DNA from: a virus
Taxonomy: Duplodnaviria > Caudoviricetes
IMG/VR virus record: IMGVR_UViG_3300033070_001349
Location: 84,483-148,482 of that record
Reading direction: 5' to 3' (one strand)
Length of the DNA stretch: 64,000 nt
How positions within the stretch are numbered: the stretch's first letter is position 1; the number at the start of each line of letters is the position of its first letter. Shown here piece by piece: positions 21,401-28,107 of the stretch. The position numbers and the translations under genes were made by a program. Below the pieces are notes generated by a model. That model made no database searches, was not told where the DNA came from, and saw nothing but the letters and a program-made list of their open reading frames with translations.

Positions 21401-23183
21401 CGCGCAGTCGGCCCTCTACCGCAAGGCCGGGGTCCGCGCCGACTTCGAGCGCTTCCTCACCGACGCCTACCGGCAGCGCACCGGCAAGAGCAAGGGCTTC
21501 TTCACCTTCGACGAGGGGTGGATCGAGGCGCCCGAGGAGCCCTACGAGGTGCCCGTCCCCATGGAGGAGTACGCGAGCAGCCAGGGCATCGAGACGACGG
21601 CCTACCAGGACTACTCGACGACGCCCCCGAAGCCCGACGCCTCGAAGCTCACGCTCAAGGTTCCGAAGAGCCACGACCTCACCAAGCTCACCGACCTCCT
21701 CTCGAAGGTCGGCGTGAAGATGCACGGGACGCCTGTGACAGGCAGCGCGAACCACATGGTCTTCGTGGACGCGCAGGAGTTCAAGAACACCAACTCCGGC
21801 AAGACGAAGACCGTCGTCCCCAAGGCCGCGTCGACCAACACCCCGACCCGCCCGCGGTACTTCCCCAAGGTGTTCCGGCCCAAGCCGGTGACGGACGCCA
21901 ACGCCCTCAAGACGATCGAGAGCCACGACTTCCACTACACCGGGAAGGCCCTCCACGCCGACGGGCCCGCGCTCGAAGGTCAGGTGATGAAGGTCAAGAA
22001 GCTCTCGGGGAAGAAGGCCCCGGAGTATCAGGTCTCCTTCAAGCTCCGCGAGCCCTACTGGGGGAATCTCGCCTCGGGCGGCGCCTCGGCCACCTTCGCG
22101 TACAAGCAGGGCACCTTCGATCCGGCGACGGGCGAGCTCGACCACGGCAAGACCAAGATCGACAGCGTGCCTTCTCGGAAGTGGGACGTGGGTTCCCACG
22201 AGGCTCACTTCGTCACCGACCCCTCTCAATATGCCTACAAGGGGACGATGGTCCTCCACCTCAAGCCCGCGAAGGGCCAGACGGTCGAGGCGGCTCTTCA
22301 CGAGGCCCTCGAAGGGGTGAAGCCCGGCCTCGGCGCGGACCTCCTCAAGCCCCCGAGCGCGGAGGACAAGGAAGTCGCCCGGCTCTCCCGTCTCCTCTGG
22401 GCCAAGGCGCCCCAGAGCTCGGACCAGCTCGACGCCCTCGAAGCCAAGAACCCCAAGGTTCGCACGGTGGCCGCGCTCAAGAAACGCCTCGCGGCGGCCA
22501 ACGTCTCCGAGGAGGTGCAGTCCCGCGTGGTCGAGCGCGAGGTCTACGACGGCCACCTCACGCACGTCCTCCCCGGCCGGGCGAAGAGCATGGGGTGCCG
22601 GATGCTCTTCCAGGGCATCGGCGACATCAACGGGGCCCTGAACCTCGCGGCCTCCGGGATCATGGGCATCCACGAGCGCAACCTCGCAGGCTACCCCAAG
22701 ATCGGCGGCTCCTACGACGCGGACGTGGCGAGCGGCTCCGCCGACGGGACCCTGTGCCGCGTCGCGACGGACGCCGCCATGAGTGCCAGCTTCAACAGTC
22801 ACGCCTTCTCGGGGGACTATCAGGCCATCATCGCCCCCGATGAGCTCGACCGCCTCGACGCCTATATGTACCTGGGCGACACGTACGGAAACTGCAAGAA
22901 GAGCTCCTCGTCGTGGACCGGCCGAAACACGGTGGAGGCGAACGTGGCCTCGCTCACCAAGGGGCACCAGTCGGGCAACGAAATCTCCTTCCGCAAGGGG
23001 ATCCACCGCAACCGCATCCTGCGCATCGTCACGCAGAGCGAGTCCTCGCGAAAGGCCTTCATCGACGGCGCCAAGGCCCGCGGCATCACCGAAGTGAACG
23101 GGATGCCCGTCGAGGACTACTGCGTCGTCGGGAACAACCTCGGGGACGCCTATAACAAGTACGTGAAGCCGCTGGGGTACTAG
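12426..23183 (+). CDS. giant (~3,585 aa) multidomain protein: HipA-like kinase, helical repeats, pseudokinase, possible ART-like C-terminus
   Basis: Single open frame with strong GC3; kinase motifs YLFK, AELAS, GNHDGHGGQF, GIDK at about 13380-14165; degenerate copy at about 20780-21525; start chosen where coding bias begins. Confidence 0.8.
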   Translation: MSPPPILTHGELLAELKSSSTSGALTEAKHYPPGYCKLMGKAPQWVYIKTTDPKKPWKYYATPGTEKGDTALAKSKVWDEAADKKETLAAKAGVAVHTAQDLSGLPDDAKAALKGEFGDDWQDELSKTLTDLKSLEGELEGEHDEWMASKGGGKGGKAKASKPAAATATAAPAAEPEPEPDAAPATGEPAAEPEKPSAEEPAEPAPEAPSEPEKPSEPEAPVPSHVTPSEEPPEPAPPEPEDGTHPGDDILALLKGEPEAPKEPEASPAEEPAAAKEPEPEAPKAEPDTATAASSTPVAPEAAGAVPSEIPDVADLAYAGNAQHLGGQSKKHYFTDKKGRKYLFKTAKDANDVRKPWAAQAAELASSIQRKVLGKGVPVKVLSIGGSTGTIQPVMELGDPPSLVSTPPEKLTLADANAVAQEHVIDWGTGNHDGHGGQFIRLKDGTLVGIDKEQAFRFLGTPGEKLSTSYDPNPDTPYYNGFWTAFAAGKLPAAFDPKSAMLPALNSMMALPDAEYKEGLQAYFDSLPASAKAARPDFVEKALTRKASLKSDFEGFLTPLYRKKEGNPKGKFTFEHGWIPDGKVPKGAAPAETSPETLPAPAIPNPLVVDPKYQSFLDDLAAASKVDLSNAADLSPVGIANVALDHLPAKQAKALQAKYGDLHPYLQAGHAAYKFAKKDYTNGASPEAINNDLSTADPPVDVSDYHAVYKALRHSPKYKDGGLYAQAYAAVHGPDWKEKMAKTVAALNGVVSSEPEQDHKDVPTWEPTDADIDAMAAAAGEPSDPEPPTATPTPGTPILSGPPAVGSESWPHEKYKGLSAAVAAISAGKGKTSDAMLKAFQDEDYPKKYGPQVADCINAIRVAMGKPAYLKLPGKVLTQTELESLHQLISNDADGFKTNATAGVFKLSTDQLHAANAMLAFRGYGPIGAAEPEEPASSAPAPSAPAIEAPKSSKPVHLTPAMVAAVPSLFDGFGTDEESVEAIDTALNDAAEAMEKDPTKATKGEINPWVKGLMDAHGDHWKTVAKAAITKINTKKGDPDDLVLNPPQILSSHLKELTPSEVIAKIEGYAAKGLGGEALKWLQQIKAKHDEDWEKVATRELTKLASNLTDHAPIGEPIIPGTSDPEAPASPVAPLGVPPKSAGPVLTPALVAAVPPSMLGYGPDDTEALLQNLEGDLKQGITPLGSIGSWSKALHGMYGDEWIATAKAAVQAANHTEGDPNDLLTNVPIQITHQLGPGGPSPEQYLQFIQGKHHQGGKGHQWLEQVKAKHPDDWKEVALGKLKAIAAKHTDHTPLGAASAAPAGASDDPPVPPTIHPEDITDADAALDSLADKLANHPSGSMLGLGPTLGWVQALKDKHGDQWKDAAKKALGFASAAESPSKTSGLEAEGSAIAKMMAAGAAASSKGLTQALGLSKPVDPMGVAHIANTIAKVAAASQASTPDELFADVLDSKGDGYFKSSLGNTAASEKEWMEAVQKMVYAHTAKHPLKPFEPQAAPAASPVSPEKHLASLKNPVHDLANYLTKGSKAFPPGVDIPHAVHALAGAVMGKDGSLSPEAEAALGLTHEYASSIKGILDLSGAKKSKESFSNSAFLGAVAGGFKMPEEKLLAMVNGYLAAKGEDPIVTAAPGTPAAAPSATDPAVSPGVDVLSHPKVSAVLTDPANTTPHAVFQGLTKLTGQGIGPSGWPSKALAQWAMSKGLTSGQATALAHPKLSAMGLVGDPDATPSAVYSKVAKLTGDKANELSDELGDSWYSDFLDGWSTLHSQTVGSTQKAPHGVWVGDFTNKFAKNLLSHDESPKDWYADLLHFDKSVKNAPDDIVQGWHQWKAKCEKEYGPTWKEKLVAAAAAYHGKGYDSLPDEVKAKVPQTTEKFYAAMYPKGKPVTGSHLDLFNVNGVKQAIEDYKSGSAWPEHAAIFDAAKASYGPGWESAFLADYAAHKGEPVPHTPVASHPYEPVDSPLVDTLWSAGYGQTASLASISVNYPELADKWKAKYGPDAQTHIHLAMAAKINGVVSPSIAVKLLGNKIPVSPEMLKALVPTWGASGETPEGYAALVKQKLDTLVNYGGPNADSLKTEAGALEKQYGPNWHLKLALGDFFEQGESAGTTVPATLLQKALVTHTPVAPSAPAAVPAAPPKDLPYEGPDSELYKTMAVFGGDPLGVEEWIGQEPKADDIVNKLKAKYPGKWAAHAHLAHAALSGKDLAKKHVDKLLGPNAPYLSDDLNDDLGLFGQTFKDHAEVMAHLQKKVSKLKDESAEEAEKLKAKYGPNWLHKIAAHYTETPVPPHVVQALLHGPEAPLAGSAPATPSPAAGAPAEPPPDLSKAKAFYAAHPEIVAAMASMTPAEFADAAKAAHAYPGTNAAWVNALKGATDHGYGMFTPAEEIIASVKALKDAGGIPADAKKAPAPINGPVTTATNAPMPGMAGAILSKSFGPWHPAAEMLNASPEMLAKLIDASAHPYGYMNGQGFAHAYASKLAYGPDHNPHTPGATPPPPGWEKAMVAAYVAHHSTHYVPSNDYEQAEYKHSVTTTLQKHLDKYVKSPFKAPAFHHDKAFAALTAAGKKTVIANLLKSGHLKPTLSAVQLAKLQAVAKQIVAQTALHGGDSTKAQEAVLTPAVVSALKSYGPSWPHAANVFLKHEGHPPIKALPSDWIDPSAVPLPPALKAFYEAPTTIPGTSLTPPFAGGPKPATPTPAPTPAPPPKAPPPPPPAQVQSAAKVVTKGTPKAVKAAPKDPAPAGWATGTAAEPPAPKVGLIPSLPKPSAPKVQGTGTPIHEAHESAQAAAHHLPGGQKKVVTSTDGTQWASYLPHDHLGAPLGPSGASATNLFHGLAGFVKPGASYAVSADDHAILHPLPEGTKSLDGVPPSALSPAELQDVATEHVLDWAMGIHATHGGTLQRTPDGRIVGTAKTQPFVHDDQDKLSLDWQSPTSTKPSYYNKFWQDWVDGKHDFDPHTLKGAIESIESVDPKGYADSLRKHFEALHPGQPDTVYDRAQSALYRKAGVRADFERFLTDAYRQRTGKSKGFFTFDEGWIEAPEEPYEVPVPMEEYASSQGIETTAYQDYSTTPPKPDASKLTLKVPKSHDLTKLTDLLSKVGVKMHGTPVTGSANHMVFVDAQEFKNTNSGKTKTVVPKAASTNTPTRPRYFPKVFRPKPVTDANALKTIESHDFHYTGKALHADGPALEGQVMKVKKLSGKKAPEYQVSFKLREPYWGNLASGGASATFAYKQGTFDPATGELDHGKTKIDSVPSRKWDVGSHEAHFVTDPSQYAYKGTMVLHLKPAKGQTVEAALHEALEGVKPGLGADLLKPPSAEDKEVARLSRLLWAKAPQSSDQLDALEAKNPKVRTVAALKKRLAAANVSEEVQSRVVEREVYDGHLTHVLPGRAKSMGCRMLFQGIGDINGALNLAASGIMGIHERNLAGYPKIGGSYDADVASGSADGTLCRVATDAAMSASFNSHAFSGDYQAIIAPDELDRLDAYMYLGDTYGNCKKSSSSWTGRNTVEANVASLTKGHQSGNEISFRKGIHRNRILRIVTQSESSRKAFIDGAKARGITEVNGMPVEDYCVVGNNLGDAYNKYVKPLGY
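13093..13108 (+). repeat. dispersed palindrome copy 3 (CGAGTCATGTGACTCC), in a Pro/Glu linker
   Basis: Core match. Confidence 0.9.
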
Positions 23184-23185
23184 AA

Positions 23186-23653
23186 GTGAGCGACCTCTTC
23201 CACACGCCGTGCATCCTCCACTGCGAGAACGACCCCTCGATCCTCGACCAGATCATCGTGGGCCTCCGCACCTACGCCCGCCCGATCGACGCCTCCCCCG
23301 GGGCGACGCTCGACGGGGTCGCCATGTACACGGCCGCCGAGCGGGGGCTCTTCATCCCCGGCGGGCCCCTCCGCAAGGCGGAGGGGGGCTCCTACCGCCT
23401 CACCGACGCCGCCCGCCGCAACCGGATGAACGTCCCCCTCCGGTGGAGCTTCACCCCCCTGACGCTCGAATCCTGGGACGCCTACCGGCAGAAGCACAAC
23501 GTGACCGGCGGGGACGTGCTCCGCGCCCAGGTGGGCGACACCAACGGCCTCCTCAACTTCTACCGCCAGGAGTTCCTGCCCAGGGGGTGGGAGGAGGAGT
23601 ACCTCAAGGATACGCGCGTCCCGCCCGAGGAGCCCGAGACCGACGACGCTTGA
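23186..23653 (+). CDS. hypothetical protein closely coupled to the giant gene
   Basis: Starts 2 nt after the giant gene stop; strong GC3. Confidence 0.7.
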   Translation: MSDLFHTPCILHCENDPSILDQIIVGLRTYARPIDASPGATLDGVAMYTAAERGLFIPGGPLRKAEGGSYRLTDAARRNRMNVPLRWSFTPLTLESWDAYRQKHNVTGGDVLRAQVGDTNGLLNFYRQEFLPRGWEEEYLKDTRVPPEEPETDDA

Positions 23654-23687
23654 CCATCGCGTCTCGTGTGATACATACGGCGGCCCC

Positions 23688-26600
23688 ATGGCGCTCTCCT
23701 ACGAGTTTGTGACCCGCGCCGAGCGCCTGGAGCACATCGCGAACGAGATCGCCGAGGCCGAGGTGGTGGCCCTCGACCTTGAGACCACGCCCAAGAAGCA
23801 GTGGTTGAAGCGCCAGGGGGCGGCCTTCTCGCCCCTGTACGGCGAGAGCCGCATCGCGTCGTTCAACACCGGCAAGGGGCGCTACGTCATCGACCTCTGG
23901 CAGACCGGGGGCCTCGGGCCGATCGCCAAGGCCCTCCACAACCCCACCGCCGCGGTCGGCAAGGGCCGCCCGGTGATGGTCCTCCAGAATTGCCTCACGG
24001 CCGACAGCCGGGTCCTCCTGGCCGACGGGTCCAAGGTCCGGCTCGACAAGCTGGTCCGGGACAAGCACCCCGGGCCGGTGCTGTGCCTCAACGAGGCGAC
24101 AGGCGAGATCGAGTCCAAGCCCATCGTCGGGTGGATCAAGGCGCCGGTTCGACCGTGGGAGGACTGGCTCCGGGTCCAGGTCCGGGGCAAGGGGTGCCTG
24201 CGGCTCACCAAGGACCACGTCGTCCTGACCCGGCGGGGCCGAGTACCCGCGGCGGACCTTCGCGTAGGGGATGAGATCCTCACCCGCTCCCCCGCCCTCA
24301 CCGCCGCCCAACGGGACCTCATCTTCGGGTCCCTCCTTGGGGATGCCTCTATCGTCCTCCAGGCTGAGTCCAAGGCCCGCTCCCCCCTCTTCCAGGTCTC
24401 GCATTCCGAGCCCCAGCGGGCCTACGTCGAGTTCAAGGCCCGGGTCATGGGCGACCTCTTCAAGGGCCTCTCCCGCGGGAAGCCCGCGAAGCGGGGCTTC
24501 GGGGCCCGCACGGGCGTCGTCCTGTCCTGCGCCAGGACCCGCTCCGACGCTCGACTGTGGCCCGTACGAGACGCCTGCATCCGCGAGGGCAAGAAGACCC
24601 TCACCCCCGAGTGGCTTGCCGAATTGACGTGGGCGTCCCTCGCCGTATGGTACTGCGACGACGGCTCCCTCGCGGGGCGAGGGGTCTCCGTTTGCGTGTC
24701 GAAGTTCGGGGAGACGGGCATCCCGCTCCTGGTCTCCCACCTCGAAGGGCTCGGCCTTCCGGTGGGGCTCACGACTCGCGAGGACGGCCACGTCTACCTC
24801 CACATGGCCGGGAGCAAGGGCGAGCGGCGCAACCCGGCCATGACCGGCTTCTGGGAGAACATCGCCCCGTGGGTTCCCCCCTGCATGGCGTACAAGCTCC
24901 CCGAGGAGTACCGCGAGCTCGCCTCCGAGACCCGGTGGATGGAACCTGAGGCCCCGAAGGTTGGGGCCGACACGGTGATCGAGATTCGCCCCCTGGCTCG
25001 GGAGCCCGGGGACGCCCGCCGTCACGGCGGGTTCAAGCGAGAGGGTCGCGGGCTCGCTCAATACTGTTTGACGGTGCAGGACAACCCCAACTTCTTCGTC
25101 GAGGGCCTGTCCGTAAGCAACTGCAAATTCGACCAGCGCTACCTACTCCACGAGTACGGGATCGAGCTCTGGCCTGTCTTCGACACCTTCCGCGCCTCGG
25201 CGATGATCCACAACGGGAAGGGGCTCGGTCACAACCTCTGGGACCTCTACGACCGCGAGCTCCAGATGGAGCCCTCCGTCGAGGACCTCGGCGGGTCCAA
25301 CTGGGGCTCGACCGTCCTGACGCAGCAGCAACTCGACTACGCCGCGGACGACATCATCTACCTGCCCCACCTCCGGGACAGCTTGAAGCCCAAGCTCGCG
25401 CGGCTCGGGCTCAACCGCGTGGCGCAGATCGAGTTCGGCGCCATCCTCCCCGAGGCAGTGGTCGAGCTCAACGGCTTCCCCTTCGACTCGGACGCATGGC
25501 TCGCCCTCGCGGCGACCAACCGCGCCGCCCGTGACAACCTCGGCCGGGAGATCCTCCGGCTCCTCCCCAACCCCTCGGGCCAGCTCTCCCTCATGGGGAG
25601 CGAGGAGTGGATGTACGGGCCCGATTGCCTCTCCGACTGGGCCGACTCCGTCACGGACGAGATGGAGGAGGCCGAGGGGGACGACAGCTCCGGGGGGTTC
25701 CAGGCCGCGTGGTACGAGGTTCAGGCCCAGCTTCGGCGGGCCGCTCGGCCCAAGGGGTCGAAGAAGACCGCGCACTTCAACCCCGATTCGCAGAAGCAGC
25801 TACTCGCGAGCCTCCGCCGGATGGGCGGGCCCCTCAAGGACCTCCCGGACACCTCCGAGGCCACCCTCTCGCTCTACGCGGCCAAGCTCCCGGCGATCAA
25901 GAAGCTCCTCGACTACCGAGAGGCGGCTACCCGGTGCAAGAGCTTCGGCCCCGAGTACCTCCAACACGTCAGTCCGGTCACCGGCCGCATCCACCTAGAC
26001 TACTACCCCCTCCTCGTCACCGGCCGGTACGCCCACCGGAACCCGAACCTCGGGCAGATCCCCAGGTACAAGCCCTTCCGCAAGTGCTTCAAGGTCAAGC
26101 CCGGCCGCCGGATGACCTTGTGCGACTACTCCATGGTCGAAATCGTCCTCATGGCCGAGCTCACCGGGGATAGGACCCTGTGCAGGCTGCTCCGCGAGGG
26201 CCGGGACGTGCACCGCTACGTCGCCTCGCGCATCCTGAACAAGCCCGAGGCGGACATCACGAAGGAGGAGCGGCAGCAGGCCAAGCCCGCCGACTTCGGG
26301 TTCATCTACGGCCTTGGCGCCGAGCGCTTCGTCTCCTACGCCCTCGTGGGCTACAACGTGGTGCTCACGCTCGAACAGTCGCACCACATCCGCAACACCT
26401 TCTTCGGTGAGTTCCCGGACATCGCGGATTGGCAGGAGTACGCCATCGCGAACGGCAAGCGGACCCACATGACGCGCTCGATCCTCGGGCGCCTCCGCTA
26501 CACCGGGGAGAAGGAGCACAACGAGTACCTCAACACGCCAGACCAAGCCTCGGGCGCGGACGGCCTGAAGATGGCCCTGCGGGACCTCCACTTCGCCCTC

Positions 26601-26807
26601 CGTAACAAGTTCGGCCCCGACGCGGTGAAGATGGTTCACCACGTCCACGACGAGACCATCCTCGAACACGCGGACGACCCGGACCTGGAGAAGGAAGTCC
26701 AGAAGGTTCAGTCCTCGGTGATGGTCGAGGCCATGTCCCGCATCGTGACGAAAGTCCCTGTGGTAGCGGAGTCCGCCTCCGGCTACTCGTGGGCCGACAA
26801 GGGCTAG
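23688..26807 (+). CDS. polA: family A DNA polymerase with 3'-5' exonuclease and intein
   Basis: ExoI DLET, ExoII QN/CKFD split by an intein, ExoIII YAADD; TGR..RNPNL, motif A DYSMVE, motif B RQQAKPADFGFIYG, motif C VHDE. Confidence 0.92.
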   Translation: MALSYEFVTRAERLEHIANEIAEAEVVALDLETTPKKQWLKRQGAAFSPLYGESRIASFNTGKGRYVIDLWQTGGLGPIAKALHNPTAAVGKGRPVMVLQNCLTADSRVLLADGSKVRLDKLVRDKHPGPVLCLNEATGEIESKPIVGWIKAPVRPWEDWLRVQVRGKGCLRLTKDHVVLTRRGRVPAADLRVGDEILTRSPALTAAQRDLIFGSLLGDASIVLQAESKARSPLFQVSHSEPQRAYVEFKARVMGDLFKGLSRGKPAKRGFGARTGVVLSCARTRSDARLWPVRDACIREGKKTLTPEWLAELTWASLAVWYCDDGSLAGRGVSVCVSKFGETGIPLLVSHLEGLGLPVGLTTREDGHVYLHMAGSKGERRNPAMTGFWENIAPWVPPCMAYKLPEEYRELASETRWMEPEAPKVGADTVIEIRPLAREPGDARRHGGFKREGRGLAQYCLTVQDNPNFFVEGLSVSNCKFDQRYLLHEYGIELWPVFDTFRASAMIHNGKGLGHNLWDLYDRELQMEPSVEDLGGSNWGSTVLTQQQLDYAADDIIYLPHLRDSLKPKLARLGLNRVAQIEFGAILPEAVVELNGFPFDSDAWLALAATNRAARDNLGREILRLLPNPSGQLSLMGSEEWMYGPDCLSDWADSVTDEMEEAEGDDSSGGFQAAWYEVQAQLRRAARPKGSKKTAHFNPDSQKQLLASLRRMGGPLKDLPDTSEATLSLYAAKLPAIKKLLDYREAATRCKSFGPEYLQHVSPVTGRIHLDYYPLLVTGRYAHRNPNLGQIPRYKPFRKCFKVKPGRRMTLCDYSMVEIVLMAELTGDRTLCRLLREGRDVHRYVASRILNKPEADITKEERQQAKPADFGFIYGLGAERFVSYALVGYNVVLTLEQSHHIRNTFFGEFPDIADWQEYAIANGKRTHMTRSILGRLRYTGEKEHNEYLNTPDQASGADGLKMALRDLHFALRNKFGPDAVKMVHHVHDETILEHADDPDLEKEVQKVQSSVMVEAMSRIVTKVPVVAESASGYSWADKG
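23991..25121 (+). mobile_element. intein (377 aa) with LAGLIDADG endonuclease, in the polymerase ExoII motif
   Basis: CLTADSRV start, LTKDHVVLT, FGSLLGDAS and AVWYCDDGS motifs, ends NFFVEGLSVSN with Cys at +1. Confidence 0.9.
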
Positions 26808-26819
26808 CATCCCCCTACC

Positions 26820-26835
26820 GGAGCCACATGACTCC
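26820..26835 (-). repeat. dispersed palindrome copy 4, intergenic before the GroES-like gene
   Basis: GGAGCCACATGACTCC on + is GGAGTCATGTGGCTCC on -. Confidence 0.9.
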
Positions 26836-26868
26836 GACACCTCACTCCCCTCTCGAAAGACCCTGCCC

Positions 26869-27387
26869 ATGAAGATCGCTCCCCTCGGTGACCGTGTTCT
26901 CGTCCGGCTCGACACGGCGGAGGTGTCGCGCGGCGGCATCTTCCTCCCCGGCGCCACCCTCATCACCGTGGGCCGCGGTGTGGTCGAGAGCGTCGGCCCC
27001 GGCCGCCTCGCCCCCTCCGTGACCTACATCGAGCCCGCCGACCTCACGGAGGACCTCGTCCACTTCGCCCTCCGGCACCGCGAGGAGCTCTCGAAGGGCG
27101 ACCGGCTCCCCATGGAGGTGAAGCCCGGCGACCGCATCCTCTTCCCGCAGGCGGCCGGGACCCCCCTGGAGGTCGACACCCCCGAGGAGTCCACCCCCGA
27201 GGAGCCCGCCGCGGTCCCTTCGGCCCAGGAGCTCCCCGTCGAGGAGCCCGCCCCGCGCCCCCTCCGCCGAACCAAGCGGGAGCGCTTCGTCCTCCTCCGC
27301 CACGACGACATCATGGCGGTCCTCTCGGGCGAGGGCGAGATCCACCAGCGGATCCCCGAGCCCGGTGAGCCCCTGCCCGGAACCTGA
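26869..27387 (+). CDS. groES: GroES-like co-chaperonin with two insertions
   Basis: MKIAPLGDRVLV, GGIFLP, GVVESVGPG, EVKPGDRILF, LLRHDDIMAVL. Confidence 0.85.
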   Translation: MKIAPLGDRVLVRLDTAEVSRGGIFLPGATLITVGRGVVESVGPGRLAPSVTYIEPADLTEDLVHFALRHREELSKGDRLPMEVKPGDRILFPQAAGTPLEVDTPEESTPEEPAAVPSAQELPVEEPAPRPLRRTKRERFVLLRHDDIMAVLSGEGEIHQRIPEPGEPLPGT

Positions 27388-27405
27388 TACGCTGCCCCCG
27401 CCGTC

Positions 27406-28107
27406 GTGCCGAAGAAGCCCCCCGTCCTGACCAAGCCCAAGACGCCCTCGAAGGGGGAGGTCCTCGCCCAGCTCAAGGCCCTTCCGTGCTTCGAGGAGGT
27501 CAAGGCCAAGATCCTAGACGGGGTGCCGGTGCTTCAGGTGGCCCGGTGGATTCAGGACCAGGGCGAGTACGCCACCGCCTCGGAGGCCTCGCTCGCCAGG
27601 GCCCTCCACCGCTTCAAGGAGGAGCTACCTCCCGCGGCCTTCGTCCAGGCCGCCCTCCCGAAGGTCCACCAGGAAGCCCTCGCCGAGGTGAAGCAGGGCC
27701 TCGCCGAGGTGGACGAGTTGGCCCACCTCTACGCCTTGCAGAAGGGGCGGATCCACAAGCTCCTCAAGGTCGAGGAGACCATGCCCTCGATCCTCTTCCC
27801 GAACCTGTCCCAGGAGTTCCGCATCGCCGCCGAGCTCCTCCGCACCTCGGCGGAGCTCAAGGGCAAACTCGGGCTCCTCAAGCCGGGCCCGCGCGAGCCC
27901 TCCGGTGACCAGGGGGCGGGGGAGGAGGTCCCGATCGAGGACACGATCGAGGCCCTCGCCGCCGCCCACCCGACCGTCCCCGTCGCCGCCGTCTTCCGGG
28001 ACCCGGAGAAGGTCCACCGCATCATCGGGTTGATGAAGACCGTGTCGACCCTCCAGGTGATGGTGGAGTCCGCCCCCGCCAAGCTCGGCACCGGGGGCGG
28101 CCCGTGA
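27406..28107 (+). CDS. putative terminase small subunit
   Basis: N-terminal HTH-like segment plus coiled coil; GTGA overlap with TerL. Confidence 0.5.
   Translation: MPKKPPVLTKPKTPSKGEVLAQLKALPCFEEVKAKILDGVPVLQVARWIQDQGEYATASEASLARALHRFKEELPPAAFVQAALPKVHQEALAEVKQGLAEVDELAHLYALQKGRIHKLLKVEETMPSILFPNLSQEFRIAAELLRTSAELKGKLGLLKPGPREPSGDQGAGEEVPIEDTIEALAAAHPTVPVAAVFRDPEKVHRIIGLMKTVSTLQVMVESAPAKLGTGGGP

Noticed and set aside
12798-23006. Very long - strand ORFs (2404 aa, 986 aa; likewise 45066-50105, 54341-57427, 31363-33981, 37241-39826)
   Set aside because: Antisense shadows of high-GC3 genes: no motifs, and composition typical of the reverse frame. Only 28690-29229 has a real domain signature.
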